A DNA stretch of 64,000 nucleotides, taken from the NCBI RefSeq assembly GCF_006345805.1, contig NC_042999.1:248001-312000 (forward strand), read 5' to 3'. The notes under the pieces were generated by a model. The model was not told the DNA's origin. It worked only from the letters and a program-made list of their open reading frames with translations, and did not search any database. A program made the position numbers and the translations under genes. The stretch comes from Octopus sinensis (lineage: Eukaryota). This document shows positions 38,300 to 50,929 of the stretch, piece by piece. Position 1 is the stretch's first letter. Each line of letters begins with the position of its first letter.

Positions 38300-38880
38300 A
38301 CAGTGAGTTGGCAGAAACGTTAGCACGTCGGGTTAAATGCTTAGCGGTATTTCGTCTGCCGTTACGTTCTGAGTTTAAATTGTTTTTTATCTTGTTTTTT
38401 ATCCTTTCAGGGTCGATAAATTAAGTACCTGTTACACACTGGGGTCAATATAATCGACTTAAACCATTTGTCTGTCCTTCTTTGTCCTCTCTGTGTTTAG
38501 CCCCTTGCGGGTAGTAAGGAAATAGGTATTTCGTCTGCCGTTACGTTCTGAGTTCAAATTCCGCCGAGGTCGACTTTGCTTTTCAACTTTTCGGGGTCGA
38601 TAAATTAAGTACCAGTTACGCACTGGGGTCGATGTAATCGACTTAATCCGATTGTCTGTCCTTGCTTGTCCTCTCTGTGTTTAGCCCCTTGTGTGGTAAT
38701 AAAGAAATAGGTATTTCGTCTGCTGTTACGTTCTGAGTTAAAATTCCGCCGAGGTCGACTTTGCCTTTCATCCTGTCGGGATCGATAAATTAAATATCAA
38801 TTGCGTACTTGCGGTGATCTAACTGACTGGTCCCTCCCCCAAAATTTCGGGCCTTGTGCATGGAGTAGGAAAGAATATTG
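38300..38880 (+). mobile_element. SINE family B compound (1 head, 3 bodies)
   Basis: Each body restarts at ggtatttcgtctg directly after a tail ending aaata. Confidence 0.9.
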
Positions 38881-39104
38881 AGAAAAAATTCGTCAGAATT
38901 TTGGTAAAGAAACTTCTTTTTATTTCTTTCTTATTATTAGCGATTTTGTTCTTTTCTCGAACTTTTCAAATAGAATTTTGTGAATGTGCAAACAGCTTGC
39001 TCATTTATATAAAACAGATGTTCTTTTGTGGGCGGCGTTGTTTAGAAGAAAAGAAGATCGTTTTTTTTTTCTTGAGTGGGTGTGTGAGTTTCCATGACAA
39101 TGGA

Positions 39105-39189
39105 GATAGACAGATAGAAATATAGGTAAAGAGGCTGACAGACAGACAACTAGACAGACAGAAAGATAAATAGATAGACAGATACACAC

Positions 39190-39253
<64 letters not shown>

Positions 39254-39317
39254 CACATATATATATATACGTGTCTGTCTACCTGTATGTATGTATGTAT
39301 GTATGTATGTATGTATG

Positions 39318-39354
<37 letters not shown>

Positions 39355-39545
39355 GTGTCTGTCTGCCTGTATGTATTATGTATGTATGTATGTATGTATG
39401 TATGTATATATATATATACGTGTCTGTCTACCTGTATGTATGTATGTATGTATGTATGTATGTATGTATGTATGTATGTATGTATGTATGTATTGATGGA
39501 TGGATGGATGGATGGATGGATGGATGTATGCATGTATATACGTAC
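39105..39545. repeat. Compound GACA/CA/TATG/GGAT microsatellite
   Basis: Seen directly. Confidence 0.93.
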
Positions 39546-40029
39546 GTAGGTATATCACGTAGCTTTAAATAAATTATATTTGTGTAAAGTCATATATAAT
39601 AAGCTCAAATACTTAGACATGGGAAGACTTTTCACTGCGGAAATAATATCGGAAGAAAATTCACTTTCTAGACGACGTGTGTGAAAACACGTTGGACTAT
39701 GAATGACGTCATAGCATAGTAGGCTGTATGCGCTTCAGTGGTCTTTTGCATCGTTGGCTACGAAACCGCACATCTGCCCCTCTCAACCAGAAAACAACGA
39801 ATTCGCTCTTATATTAGAATATCAAACCGTGCGGTTACTGGCGTGTGTATAGCTTGGTCACGAATTTATTTTATTCAACACTGCTTCGTGTGTGTTTCAT
39901 TTACTTAGTTCCAACCTGACCAATCTGTATGGACAAGGTGCTAGTAAAACGAGGCTGTTGGTAATGGTGTCCTTGTGTACTTATTTACTTATACTTGTGG
40001 CGACATTCACCCTGGGCGGGTTGAGTCGG

Positions 40030-40335
40030 CTTCTTCTACTCATGGAAGAAGTTTCGTGGGAATATGTGGATTTTTACAAGCGGTCCTCAACAATCCCGCA
40101 TGTAGAGACATCATGTTTGCCGCAGATTTTCCCCAGATGCAGGGACAGAACGACCGAGGATCCGCCGGTTGCCGAAACAGACACTCCGAGGATTTCCACC
40201 AGAACCCTCCGTCTGCCGGGTTGTGGCCCTAATACCACTCGGTTTCACACAAATCCGCCTTGGGTGGCCCTACCAGGAACCGAAGTTCCCGACGGCATAG
40301 CTCTGACACTACCCGTTGCCTGCGTCCCCACCTCG
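40030..40335 (-). mobile_element. GC-rich RTE-like LINE 5' region fragment
   Basis: Minus-strand gagctatgccgtcgggaacttcggttcctggtagggccaccca resembles the leader motif of RTE-clade elements (recalled, not searched). Confidence 0.5.
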
Positions 40336-40701
40336 GTGGGGAGGGGATGTAGCTAATATTTGACTGTTTATATTTTTATGTCAGTTACCATCATAGTTTC
40401 AATTGGTGGAGACCGTACGGTTGCCTTTGTTACGTTTGTCAACCTCTAAAATTTATAACTCTTTTGGTCACATTCTATAGTTCGACTGGATCAATATTGC
40501 AATGTCAGTTTATAAAGAGAATGGTTTAAGAGGAAGACTAAATTCAACAGAGGAACTTATGAATAAAAGAAATACAAGAACTTAAAACGTGGACTAACGT
40601 AAACTCCTACTCAAGCTGCACGAATAACGGCCCTGAAGAATAAAGGAATGGAACAGGGCTTTGCATGAAATTCCGTTTACGGAAACTTATTACTGATATC
40701 G

Positions 40702-40950
40702 TGGAGGCGCGAGGCTTGGAGGTTAGGGTGTTGAGCTCATGATCGTAAGTTTGTGGTTTCGATTCCTGGACCGGGCGATACGTTGTGTTCTTGAACAAAA
40801 CACTTCATTTTCACGTTGCTCCAGTTCACCCAGCTGGCAGAAATGAGCAATCCTGCGACGGACCGGCGTCCTGTCCAGGTGGGGAATTTCTACGCCACTG
40901 AAACCGGGAAACCGGCCCTTATGAGCCTGGCATGGATTGAGAAGGAACAT
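40702..40950 (+). mobile_element. SINE family C
   Basis: tggaggcgc..ggttagg..ggtttcgattcctgg head; reverse complement of the 59098-59351 type. Confidence 0.85.
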
Positions 40951-40992
40951 TTATTTACTATCGCAACACACTTTGAACAAAACACATATCCT

Positions 40993-41400
40993 CTGCAAGG
41001 AGTGGGTGTGTGGTAAGTAGCTTGTTAATCAACCACATGGTTCAGTCTCACTGCGTGGCATCTTGGGCAAGTGTCTTCTGCTATAGCCACAGGCTGACCA
41101 ATGCCTTGTGAGTGGATTTGGTAGATGAAAACTGAAAGAAGCCTGTCGTATATATGTATATATATATAAGTGTGTGTGTGTGTGTATGTTTGTGTGTCTG
41201 TGTTTGTCCGCCTAGCATTGCTTGACAACCGATGCTGGTGTGTTTACGTCCCCGTCACTTAGCCGTTCGGCAAAAGAGACCGATAGAATAAGTACTGGGC
41301 TTACAAAGAATAAGTCCCGGGGTCGATTTGCTCGACTAAAGGCGGTGCTCCAGCATGACCGCAGTCAAATGACTGAAACAAGTAAAAGAGTAAAAGAGAG
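40993..41400 (+). mobile_element. SINE family A
   Basis: Family match. Confidence 0.92.
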
Positions 41401-41608
41401 TATACCCATCCAGTATAACAACACAAAATATCTTCTATTGAATGACCATCAAACAATATTCACAGAATATATTCTTCCCAATGAACAGGTAATAAAACAA
41501 CGCCGTCAGTCACGTAATTGATTCACCACCTTAAAGCACCCAAAACCTATATGCTACATCGTTGCCATTTATTAATATAAGACACTCCATAAAGCCCATA
41601 CTCTACGC

Positions 41609-41863
41609 CAGTGGTTCTCAACTGGGGTTCATATGGCCTTTAGGGGTCCATATAAGATTATTTGTTAAAATTTATGAGCAACAAATTCGTTATTTTTCTA
41701 CAATGCACCAAATATTTTAACATTTAAAAAAAAATATAGCTCCAAATAATAGTTAATTCTGAAAATATAATAGGATTTTTTTAACAGCGAATAAATATGA
41801 GGGCCCAGTAGAGTAAAACAGGAATGAAAGAGGTCTATAGGCAGAATATGATTGAGAACCGTG
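41609..41863. mobile_element. hAT-like MITE
   Basis: cagtggttctcaa ... ttgagaaccgtg termini; a similar end lies at 62760-62774; TSD not clear. Confidence 0.55.
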
Positions 41864-42965
41864 TTATGCAATCAACGTTCTGTTCTATAGATCACAGAAC
41901 ACAGATTATACAACACATACGAAACATTATCTTCCATCTAAATACAAATTGTATATAATCTACAAAACATAGAAACACAGAAGCAAGATCCTTGTCAAAG
42001 CAACGCTAATCTAGCAATAACTACAATTCTAAGATATTCAGTAACAAGATGCACACGCGTCAATGACAAGGCGCAGAATCTGGAAGTGTAGGGGAAAAAA
42101 ATTGCATACAAATATACTCGCTTTCAGCGATGTATGAGTCTACGGAACCACATGGGGCTTTCGAAGCACCGGGATATAATCAGGAGAAAATCAGCAAAAA
42201 CAAGCAACAACCAATGAATTGAAAAGTGCAAAACAACAAAAAAATGGGAAATAGAGAAATATTGAGGTGTAAATGAAACGAAAGTTGTTACCATGGAAAA
42301 TGTGCAATCAAAAATAATTCCTACTTTTCAAAAACAATTTCTATGACCTCAGTATTGATTTTTTAAAATATATTCCCTCGGGCTTCAAAGGAAATTTGCA
42401 AGTAAAGCGATGAATTTTGTTATTAACTGAGATATTTATCTACAAGACTGTCGATGGCATTGTTCTTGCAATGAAAGGGAAAATTTTGGCATTGATATTA
42501 ATATTAATTTTATCATAAGTTGTTTGTTTACTTCAAAACCATGGACGGCTAAACCTTGTCTGCTTAATATATTGACAAAAACAGCCTAACATCGACTGGT
42601 GACAACATAGAAATGTATACAGGATATGTTAAATAAAGTTTAATAAGATTTTAGAGCTAGAGTTGTACCGTATATGAATGGTAAAGCAATCCCCAAATTC
42701 TTTATATTCTAAAAGTAAATATGGAAAAAGGAAAATTAACCAAACAGAAACACGAAACTGAACTATATAGAACCACGTAACAAGAAGAATCTCTCTATGT
42801 ACCGCTAAATTAAAAAAATATGAAAGGCGCAAACAAGTTTAGCAGAATTAGAGTAGGGCAATATTATTTGAAATAACGGGCCCTTTTTACTTTTAAATGA
42901 AACCTATCATGCATTTTTCAAGAAATTAACTTAGGAAATGTAGCGGGAAAGATATCTCAAAATAT

Positions 42966-43181
42966 ACTCCTTTACTTGTTTCAGTCATGTGACTGTGGCC
43001 ATGCTGGAGCACCGCCTTTATTCGAGAAAATCGACTCCAGGACTTATTCTTCCTAAGCCTAGTACTTATTCTATCGGTCTCTTTTGCCGAACCGTTAAAC
43101 TACGGGGACGTAAACACACCACACCAGCATCGGTTGTCAAGTGATGTTGGGAGGACAAACACAGACACACAAATACACACA

Positions 43182-43213
<32 letters not shown>

Positions 43214-43413
43214 TACACACATATATATATATATATATATACATATATACGACGGGCTTCTTTCAGTTTCCGTTTACCAAATCCACTCACAAGGCTTTGC
43301 TCGATCCGAGGCTATAGTAGAAGACACTTGCCGAAGGTGCCACGCAGTGGTACTGAACCCGGAACCATGTGGTTCGTAAGCAAGCTACTTACCACACAGC
43401 CACTCCTACACCT
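42966..43413 (-). mobile_element. SINE family A
   Basis: Family match. Confidence 0.92.
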
Positions 43414-43871
43414 ATGTACACAATGGAATAGTTTAACATTATCAAACGTACGAAGCCATTAAAAAATGAATAACGATAGTTCAGAAGGAAAATCTGCAAC
43501 GGAAATATTACAGCAAGGTGATGCTAGTCAGCTCAAGAAACAATAAAAGCAGGGACTATGAAAACTACACAACAAACTGTATCTCAAAACAGAGATGAAG
43601 TCACAATAAGCAACTAGTAGACAGGTCTGAACCTAAACAGCCAATCAATAATCTTACAAAAACAATGCAATTAGTGCCAATACGAATGAATGAAATTAGT
43701 AAATATAACAGACAAAATTGTAATAGAAAAAACTTTTGAAATGGTAATACTTGAAGACAGACGACTAACCTGCAAAATGTCAAGTAACAAAAAACAAAAC
43801 AAAAATCTAATCAAATAAACTAACTGTATATTGGATAATTACCGAGCAAAATGATATAATGAATTAATAAC

Positions 43872-44103
43872 TATTTCTTTACTACCCACAAGGGGCTAAA
43901 CACAGAGGGGACGAACAAGGACAGCCAAACGGATTAAGTCGATTACATCGACCCCAGTGCGTAACTGGTACTTAATTTATCGACCCCAAAAGGATGAAAG
44001 GCAAAGTCGACCTCGGCGGAATTTGAACCCAGAACGTAACGGCAGACGAAATACGGCTACGCATTTCGCCCGGCATTCTAACGTTTCTGCCAGCTCGCCG
44101 CCT
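43872..44103 (-). mobile_element. SINE family B, full length with TSD
   Basis: tataatgaattaata duplicated at 43855-43869 and 44104-44118. Confidence 0.93.
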
Positions 44104-45024
44104 TATAATGAATTAATATCTTAAAGCAAATACTGGGTACCACCGATGTATTGTAACATAGCGACAAGCATCAAAATAAAGGAAGAAGTCTAGGAAATCT
44201 AAAATAGGTGCAGTTTTGAAACTAAAGATTCAGCAGTAATATTGTAAGGGAAAGAATACAAGTAAAATAAACGGGGCTGAAAACAAAAGCTCTGTGATGT
44301 CTTCTCACAAAAAAATAGTTATAAAGAAAGCGTAAAATTGAAAACGAACTGTAAGTTAAATGTCACGGAAAAATTATTTATTCAACAATAGAAGGTTAAA
44401 ACCAAAGTTTGGACAATGAAAAGGTAAGAGAAAGGAATCAATTAATTTAAACAAAATAAAATAACATTTCGATAAAAGAAGCCATTACGGGAAATTATAT
44501 GACAAAACACTCCGCAAGTAAAAAGAAACTAGAAACCTTTAGAAGGAAACTAGAAAAGCGCCATAAAATGAATAAATAGCTCATAGAACAAAAGAACGGT
44601 AAATCTTGTGGCACCACAAGAATGGTGAATAAAATGGAAGCCATAAGAGAAAATGACAGTTGGAAAATCACTTGTGGTAGACAAATTATAAATTATTTAG
44701 ATAAAACGTCCGCATGACTTATACCCAAATGTGTTATACACCAAATGCTTTAATATAATAATAAAATGCACATTTCAAGTACTAGAATGGATGACGTAAG
44801 GAAAAATCGTTTTAGCTCAAAACAGAGACGGCTGACTAAAAATGTTACATCCAGTCAGCTTCTTCTGACTCCTACAAAACGCCACAATCAGGAAAAAAGA
44901 AAGCAAAATGTCATATTACACTTGAACAGAAAAGTTGCAGGAATCGGTAATTTTGCTGTAAAACCCAGCTTGTGATGAACACGACAATATTAAAGGGAAA
45001 TAGGTAAAAACAGAAGTGTTTACA

Positions 45025-45190
45025 TATTGGTTTCAAATTTTGGCACCAGACCAGGAATTTCAAGGGAGGGAGTAAGTGGATCCCATTGCTCAGGACTGAC
45101 CACGAAAGAACGAAAGGCCTATCGACCTCGGTAGAATTTGAACTCAGAACGTAAAGCATTTTGCCCTGCGTGCTAAGGATTTTGCCTGAA
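45025..45190 (-). mobile_element. Diverged SINE family B
   Basis: tcgacctcggtagaatttgaactcagaacgta. Confidence 0.7.
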
Positions 45191-45499
45191 TAGATTATAA
45201 AAATGGGTTTTACATTATGTCACATTCATGAAACGTGGAAATAATCACCATAAAGACTAGGTGTCATTAACATGAATGAAAGTTTGTTTCGTTGTTAGAT
45301 CAAAAGTTAAGTGTCTTACATTCTGATGTGACTGGGATCTTTCGTCATTTCAGTGAATGAAGTTCAACATTTGCTGAACCACTTACATGTTATTACAGTG
45401 AGCATGGTTTGTGCAGAAGAAACCTCATTCTCACTTCTGTCAAATTTGTATTGATCTGATGAAACAGGTGCACCGGCCCCATAATGATCAGGATGTAGG

Positions 45500-45782
45500 A
45501 TTTGTATGGCGTTATCTTCTCCTAGACGGTCAGCCAAAGAGAAGAAGGGCTACCGCTGCCCTGGGTCTATTGGGGTGACTTCAAGTAATCTTCCTCCGGA
45601 GGTAATCCCACGACATGCTAATTAGCCCACAGCTGGGACCCTGACAGGTTCTATTACTCCGAATCAGGGTAGACTTGGAAGCAATAGTGACTAAAACGGG
45701 GTTCATCACTCCTCAAAACCCTGGGACTGTCGAGTCAGAGCCCCACGACCAGATGCAGTTTAAAGTCAAACTCAGGACAAAC
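45500..45782 (+). mobile_element. RTE-like 5'UTR-related fragment
   Basis: gggaccctgacaggt..actccgaatcagggtagacttggaagcaat..cagatgcagttt..caggaca resembles RTE leaders (recalled, not searched). Confidence 0.5.
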
Positions 45783-45989
45783 AATCGGATGTAATCCATA
45801 ATTCCATAATTATAACGGAATTATTTTAATAAGATTTGTTTCACCATTTTGTTATGTTAGGCTCCTTCCCCGCCAATTATCTTTCTAACCTGTGTAGGGA
45901 AAAGGAGCGGCCATAATTATCTCTAATGAATGTAATTGAGATGAAATTCGTGAGACCGCTTGACCATTTTTGCCAGGCTGTATAACTTT

Positions 45990-46400
45990 ACAGTTGCGAT
46001 ATCTGTTTGTACTTGGAGATTGAAAATGCGCCAGGGAAGCTTTCAAAAGAGGAGAGCTAAACATGTTCGTAAATAATTGGAATTAAATCAGACAAACGTT
46101 AAAGGACTTGAGAACAAATGGCACATATGCATATCTAGGGATCTGCTGAGATGAATAGGTTCAGGACGCTAGCATGACAGAAAGAAACTGAAAGACAGAG
46201 AACGCAACATGAAAAACAATATGGGAGCAATATGAGTCCCAGCAGCGTGCTAAGGCTTTAATATAGTAAACTGGATTGAGTAAGAATAATAATACACCTC
46301 AAAACAAAGAAGAATATTGAAAACATTTGACATTACTTCAAAGAAAAAAGATACCCTCTGCGTTATGAGATGGTATGTAAAACCGGTACAACTGGAGTAT
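45990..46400 (+). mobile_element. Decayed R4/Dong-like RT C-terminal fragment
   Basis: Remnants KCA..FKRG, TYAYLGI, TRRIL across frameshifts. Confidence 0.55.
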
Positions 46401-47175
46401 GCGCTTATCTATAAATAAAGGCAAAATATTCTTTGATATGAAATAGTGAAACACACACATATACACAAAAATATATAAATAAATAAGAGTTGTTCTCAGC
46501 ATACAAAGACATACAAAATTGTTTAGTAGAAATACGCACTTCTACGACAGACTCTTCAAAACTATGAACACAAATATACGTGTAAGAAAAGTCATGCATA
46601 CGACAACAAAAAAATCAAGTATATAACTATCTTTTTTTACTACACAAACATGTGGAGCCATGTACAAGGTACAGATACAGCCTGTCACTTCACCTTATCT
46701 TCGATCTTGAAAACCATACATGTAGTGCCATATGCTTTTTTACTGACGAATGAGAACCCCAACATTCACTATATCGACCCTGTTTTCTTTCAACAATTAT
46801 TTATACTAAAATCCCTTTTTTTTAAATTTTGGTAGTCAAACATATGTCTTTTCCCCTTACTTTTCTTTCATGAATTGTAAGTCGAGGTGGCTTAAAATTT
46901 CGTGACAAATCTATCTCACATTTTTTTTTTCAGAAAGTTGACGCATATTTAGTATCATTTTCTCTCAGGTAACGTTGGTAAAAGATTTACTGTTTTTGTG
47001 TTGCCTGTAAATCTTTATTTCATTGTTATTTACCGTTTTTGAAATTGTAATTTGTTGTGGACTGTACACATTTCTGAGTTTGCTTGTTTATGACTGCTCA
47101 TATTTTTTCATTATGCTTTTCAAATTTGTTTGCTCGCTTTTTGCACAAAAGCCAGACGTAGTGTTGCCAGACAAG

Positions 47176-47237
<62 letters not shown>

Positions 47238-47238
<1 letters not shown>

Positions 47239-47797
47239 GCCCTGATGCAGTACCAGGCAATGGCTCTCATGGCTTCTGATCTTAACTGATTGGAAGTGTT
47301 ATCACGTACGTTGTTTTGTCTTGGTATAAAAGATGGGCTACAGCAAATATTCTGCTCAATACCATAGATTTGCTTGTCAGTTGTTTGACCTTAACGAGTT
47401 GAGTATGTCCCTTAGTGGCTGACGATATGTGCATCTCTGATCACGAGCAGAAGTAGTGGGGGAGCATCATAGCCGTGTGTTGAAAGGAATTCTTGGAGGT
47501 TTGGATAATTCACCTTTGGAAACATGGGTGGTTCGTTCAACATCCTCGAACAACCCTCATTCAGGGACCTTTTGAGCGGGATGGGCTACTCGATCAGAAG
47601 AAAATTCTATCTGGGCCCCACCTGCAAGGTCATGTGCTGTTTATCTTGATATGAGGTCACCATGTCGTGCACATATGGTTGTGATGCATGTGTCTGGTGT
47701 ACCCTTTATCAGACGGGTAGTCATGATGGGTATATTGGGCTTCGTATATTTTACCCCAGTGTCACTTTGATGGCATGCACTGCTCTCTCACTCAATA
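47238..47797 (+). mobile_element. About 560-bp non-coding element embedded in (AAT)n, probably a retroelement UTR or derivative
   Basis: (AAT)n on both sides; tandem truncated second copy follows; orientation assumed from the truncation. Confidence 0.7.
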
Positions 47798-47800
47798 ATG

Positions 47801-47852
<52 letters not shown>

Positions 47853-47895
47853 CAACAACAACAACAACAACAATAATAATAATAATAGTAAAAAC

Positions 47896-48326
47896 AAGAT
47901 TTGCTTGTCAGTTGTTTGACCTTAACCAGCTGAGCATGTCCCTTAGTGGCTGACGATATTTGCATCTCTGATCACGAGCAGAAGTAGTGGGGGAGTATCA
48001 TAACCATGTGTTGAGAGTGATTCTTTGGGGTTTGAATAATACACCTCTGGAAACATGGGTGGTTCTTTCAACATCCTCGAACAACCCTCATTCAGGGACC
48101 TTTTGAGCGAGATGAGCTACTCGACCTGAAGAAAATTCTATCTGGGCCCCACCTGCAAGGTCATGCGCTATTTATCTTGATCCGAGATCCACATGTCGCG
48201 AACATATGGTTGTGATGCATGTGCCTAGTGTACCTTTATCAGACGGGTAGTCATGATGGGTATATTGGGCTTCGTATATTTTACCCCAGTGTCACTTTGA
48301 TGGTATGCACTACTCTCTCACTCAAT
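47896..48326 (+). mobile_element. Truncated second copy of the (AAT)n-embedded element
   Basis: Closely matches 47366-47797 with the same end ctctctcactcaataat. Confidence 0.75.
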
Positions 48327-48400
48327 AATGATAATAATAAATGATGATGATAACGACAACAATAACGACGTCGACGACAACGACGACAACGATTACTGAA

Positions 48401-48453
<53 letters not shown>

Positions 48454-48460
48454 CAATGAT
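48327..48460. repeat. (AAT)/(GAC)/(GAT)n trinucleotide repeats
   Basis: Seen directly. Confidence 0.93.
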
Positions 48461-48469
48461 CCTCTATCA

Positions 48470-48700
48470 CAGCCTGAAAATTAAAAAATATCAGGACTCA
48501 GTCAGAGAACTGAAGAGAGTGTGGGAGATTAGAGCAACAATTATTCTTGTAGTAATTAGCGCACGTGACACAACACCCAAAATACTATCTGGACTATATT
48601 TGAATTGAGACTCGAACCGTCGACCTGCAGAGAAGTACCATTGTTTTTTTCGGTAAGAATTCTAAGAAAGATTGTTGAGATTTTTTGAAACTTGTCGTCA
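48470..48700 (+). mobile_element. R4/Dong-like endonuclease C-terminal fragment, another family
   Basis: KIKKYQDSVRELKRVWEIRATIILVVISA...DLQR...RILRKIVE. Confidence 0.72.
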
Positions 48701-48987
48701 CAACGGTTCTCTTCATATAACTTGCACTAAATTACTGCTGCTTAAAGACACATCCGTTGAGTGGCTAATGAATCTCGCCTTCATTATAAATTACAATATT
48801 AATATGCAGATTAAAGACTAGAAAACTAATAATAATCTTAAGAGGCTTTTGTATGACTAAAACGAAAAGAGTTCGCACCACTTATCAATATATCATTATC
48901 AAATGTCCGAGCTGTAGCAAAGTGAATTGAAAAGACCTAAGGCGTATACTGAGCTTGTTCTTACATTGTAGATAATTTGTTTTTAAA

Positions 48988-49195
48988 GTTTCAGCTCAGA
49001 GCTGCGGCCATGCTGAAGCACCGCCGTTTTACGCTACACTGTTATTACTAGGAGCCTCCACTAATATGTGGCTCTCTACAGGAAGAGGTCCAGCTTTGAT
49101 TTAAAAACCCCTACATCTACTTTGTGCAAGTTCCTCAGACTCTTTGGGAGAATATTAAAAAGCTGTGGGCTCTTGAAACTCAGGTGGTTAAGGAT
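48988..49195 (-). mobile_element. CR1-group LINE 3' end with SINE-A-type tail
   Basis: LSFKSPQLFNILPKSLRNLHKVDVGVFKSKLDLFL, homologous to the 6.6-kb LINE end; tail ggcggtgcttcagcatggccgcagctctgagctgaaac. Confidence 0.82.
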
Positions 49196-49520
49196 TGTGG
49201 CGATCATTCTGTTTTTAATTCATACAACTTGACTCGTGCTCAACTATTTCTAAGAGACATCGATCGATTATCTGTAATGAGTGACAAAATAAAATCATAT
49301 TCCAGAAAATAACAGTTCTATGGTCTTAAAGGACACTCTGATACAATAATTAACAACCAAGTATTAAAGGTTATAATGTGTGGAAAGAGACCCTGTGAGA
49401 CCTCTGACAGCAGGCTGCTGTCCGCTCTTATAGAGACTACCACAGCAAACAAGATCGAGCGCTCTGAGAAGTAAAAGAATCATAGTAAATTTAAGAAAAA
49501 GTAAAATAGATATCACAGAC

Positions 49521-49707
49521 TTTGTCAGTGATCAGATCGCGGTCTCAAAGCGACGAAAATATTTTGACAAATTAAATTTAAATGTTGAAGTGAATCTAAC
49601 GGTTTTGTGTGTTTCTTAAGTGGTTTATAAACACCTTCCACGTTGCAATTATGTTGCAAGCACACGATCTCAGATCCAGTGACTCGCTATGCAAGTACAT
49701 TTCCGTA
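49521..49707 (+). ncRNA. Hammerhead module copy 1, G3-C8 core (ribozyme fold 49521-49571)
   Basis: tttgtca-GTGATCA-g(a)tcgc/gcgac-GAAA-atat-TT-tgacaaa. Confidence 0.8.
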
Positions 49708-49715
49708 ATATATAT

Positions 49716-49750
<35 letters not shown>

Positions 49751-49762
49751 GCAGCAAGGAGT

Positions 49763-49953
49763 TTTGTCAGTGAACAGATCGCAGTCTCAAAGCGACGAAA
49801 ATATTTTGACAAATTAAATTTAAAAGTTGAAGTGAATCTAACGGTTTTTGTGTGTTTCTTGAATGGTTTATAAACACCTTCCACGCTGCAAATGTTTTCG
49901 TTCCAGCAAACGATCTCAGATCATATCACTTGCTATGCAAGTACATCTCCGTG
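49763..49953 (+). ncRNA. Hammerhead module copy 2, G3-C8 core (ribozyme fold 49763-49813)
   Basis: tttgtca-GTGAACA-g(a)tcgc/gcgac-GAAA-atat-TT-tgacaaa. Confidence 0.8.
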
Positions 49954-49989
49954 AAATAGATATGTTAATAAGCAATTTAAATGGAAGGA

Positions 49990-50690
49990 AAAATACAGAA
50001 AGAATTTGATAACCTGAGAGGTGAAATGTTATTAGTTGGAGCGGAAACCAGAGGTGTGGACGTAAAGACTAGAAATGCATGGACATTTAAAAGAAGTATG
50101 AGATCACACATGAAGAGACTTTATTGAACTCCAAAGCGACTCTGAAACAACGCATCCTGGTCAAAACACTTTGAGTTAGACGATACGACAAGGGAAGTAA
50201 GTTCTACAAACAACATAAAAGCTTTGAAGCTGATGCAAACAAATTTTACCGGGAGATAGGGAAACACCCAATTGAGATCAAGGAACCACAACCTACCATG
50301 AACGTGGTTTAACAGTTCTGGGAATATATTTATGAAACAGTAAGAAAACATGCAATAAAGAAGTTGAATGGATTAATAGAGAAATAAACAAATTCATAGA
50401 TATTAACCATCAAGAATAGATATTAACCATCAAGAATAGATATTAACCATCAAGAGAGATATTAACCATCAAGAGAGATATTAACCATCAAAAATAGGGC
50501 TGCGGGAGTTAAGGCAGGCACTTAGAAAAGCATGTAACTGTTAATCCCCTAAGTAGACAAAATCCCTAATTTTTGGCTAAAGGCACTTACAGGGATACAT
50601 AAAGAACTTGCTTATGAGATTACGCCTATAATATAAAACCAGAGCGAACCCAGGGGACTGGTTGACAGTAGCAACATCATTTATTTTCTG
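49990..50690 (+). mobile_element. Decayed R4/Dong-like ORF fragment (pre-RT region and RT start)
   Basis: LKQRI..VRRYDKGSKFYKQ..DANKFYREIGK..QFWEYIY; DKIPNFWLKALTGIHKELA; DWLT. Confidence 0.75.
50396..50497. repeat. 19-20 bp minisatellite, 5 copies (agatattaaccatcaaga)
   Basis: Seen directly. Confidence 0.95.
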
Positions 50691-50929
50691 CACTCTCTGC
50701 TTGCGGGAGGGGTGCGCATTAACACGGGTTAGTTGCCTCTGTTTTATGAAGCTATAGTATTAGACATATCTCATGTTAGTTTTGTCAGCTAACATGGGGT
50801 ATGTTAGATGGCTTAGGGTACGTGTTGCTGCAAGGAATGTTTGAAGTAGGCATTATTTTTTGAGTTTTCCATCTCCTAGACTGATTGCTTTCGCTGTAGT
50901 TAAGGAACTCAGTCTACTCCTTACTATTT

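Larger units (their letters stand above)
42080..44800 (+). mobile_element. Ancient, heavily decayed RTE-like LINE remnants interrupted by SINEs
   Basis: A-rich strand bias and faint APE/RT-like peptide remnants (IQIY.., TEILQQG, GDYENY). Confidence 0.35.

Noticed and set aside
39892-40356. 154-aa ORF as a host exon
   Set aside because: No recognisable domain, and it runs antisense over the GC-rich retroelement-like leader
48402-48608. Poly-Met protein
   Set aside because: It is a (GAT)n repeat read into an R4/Dong-like fragment
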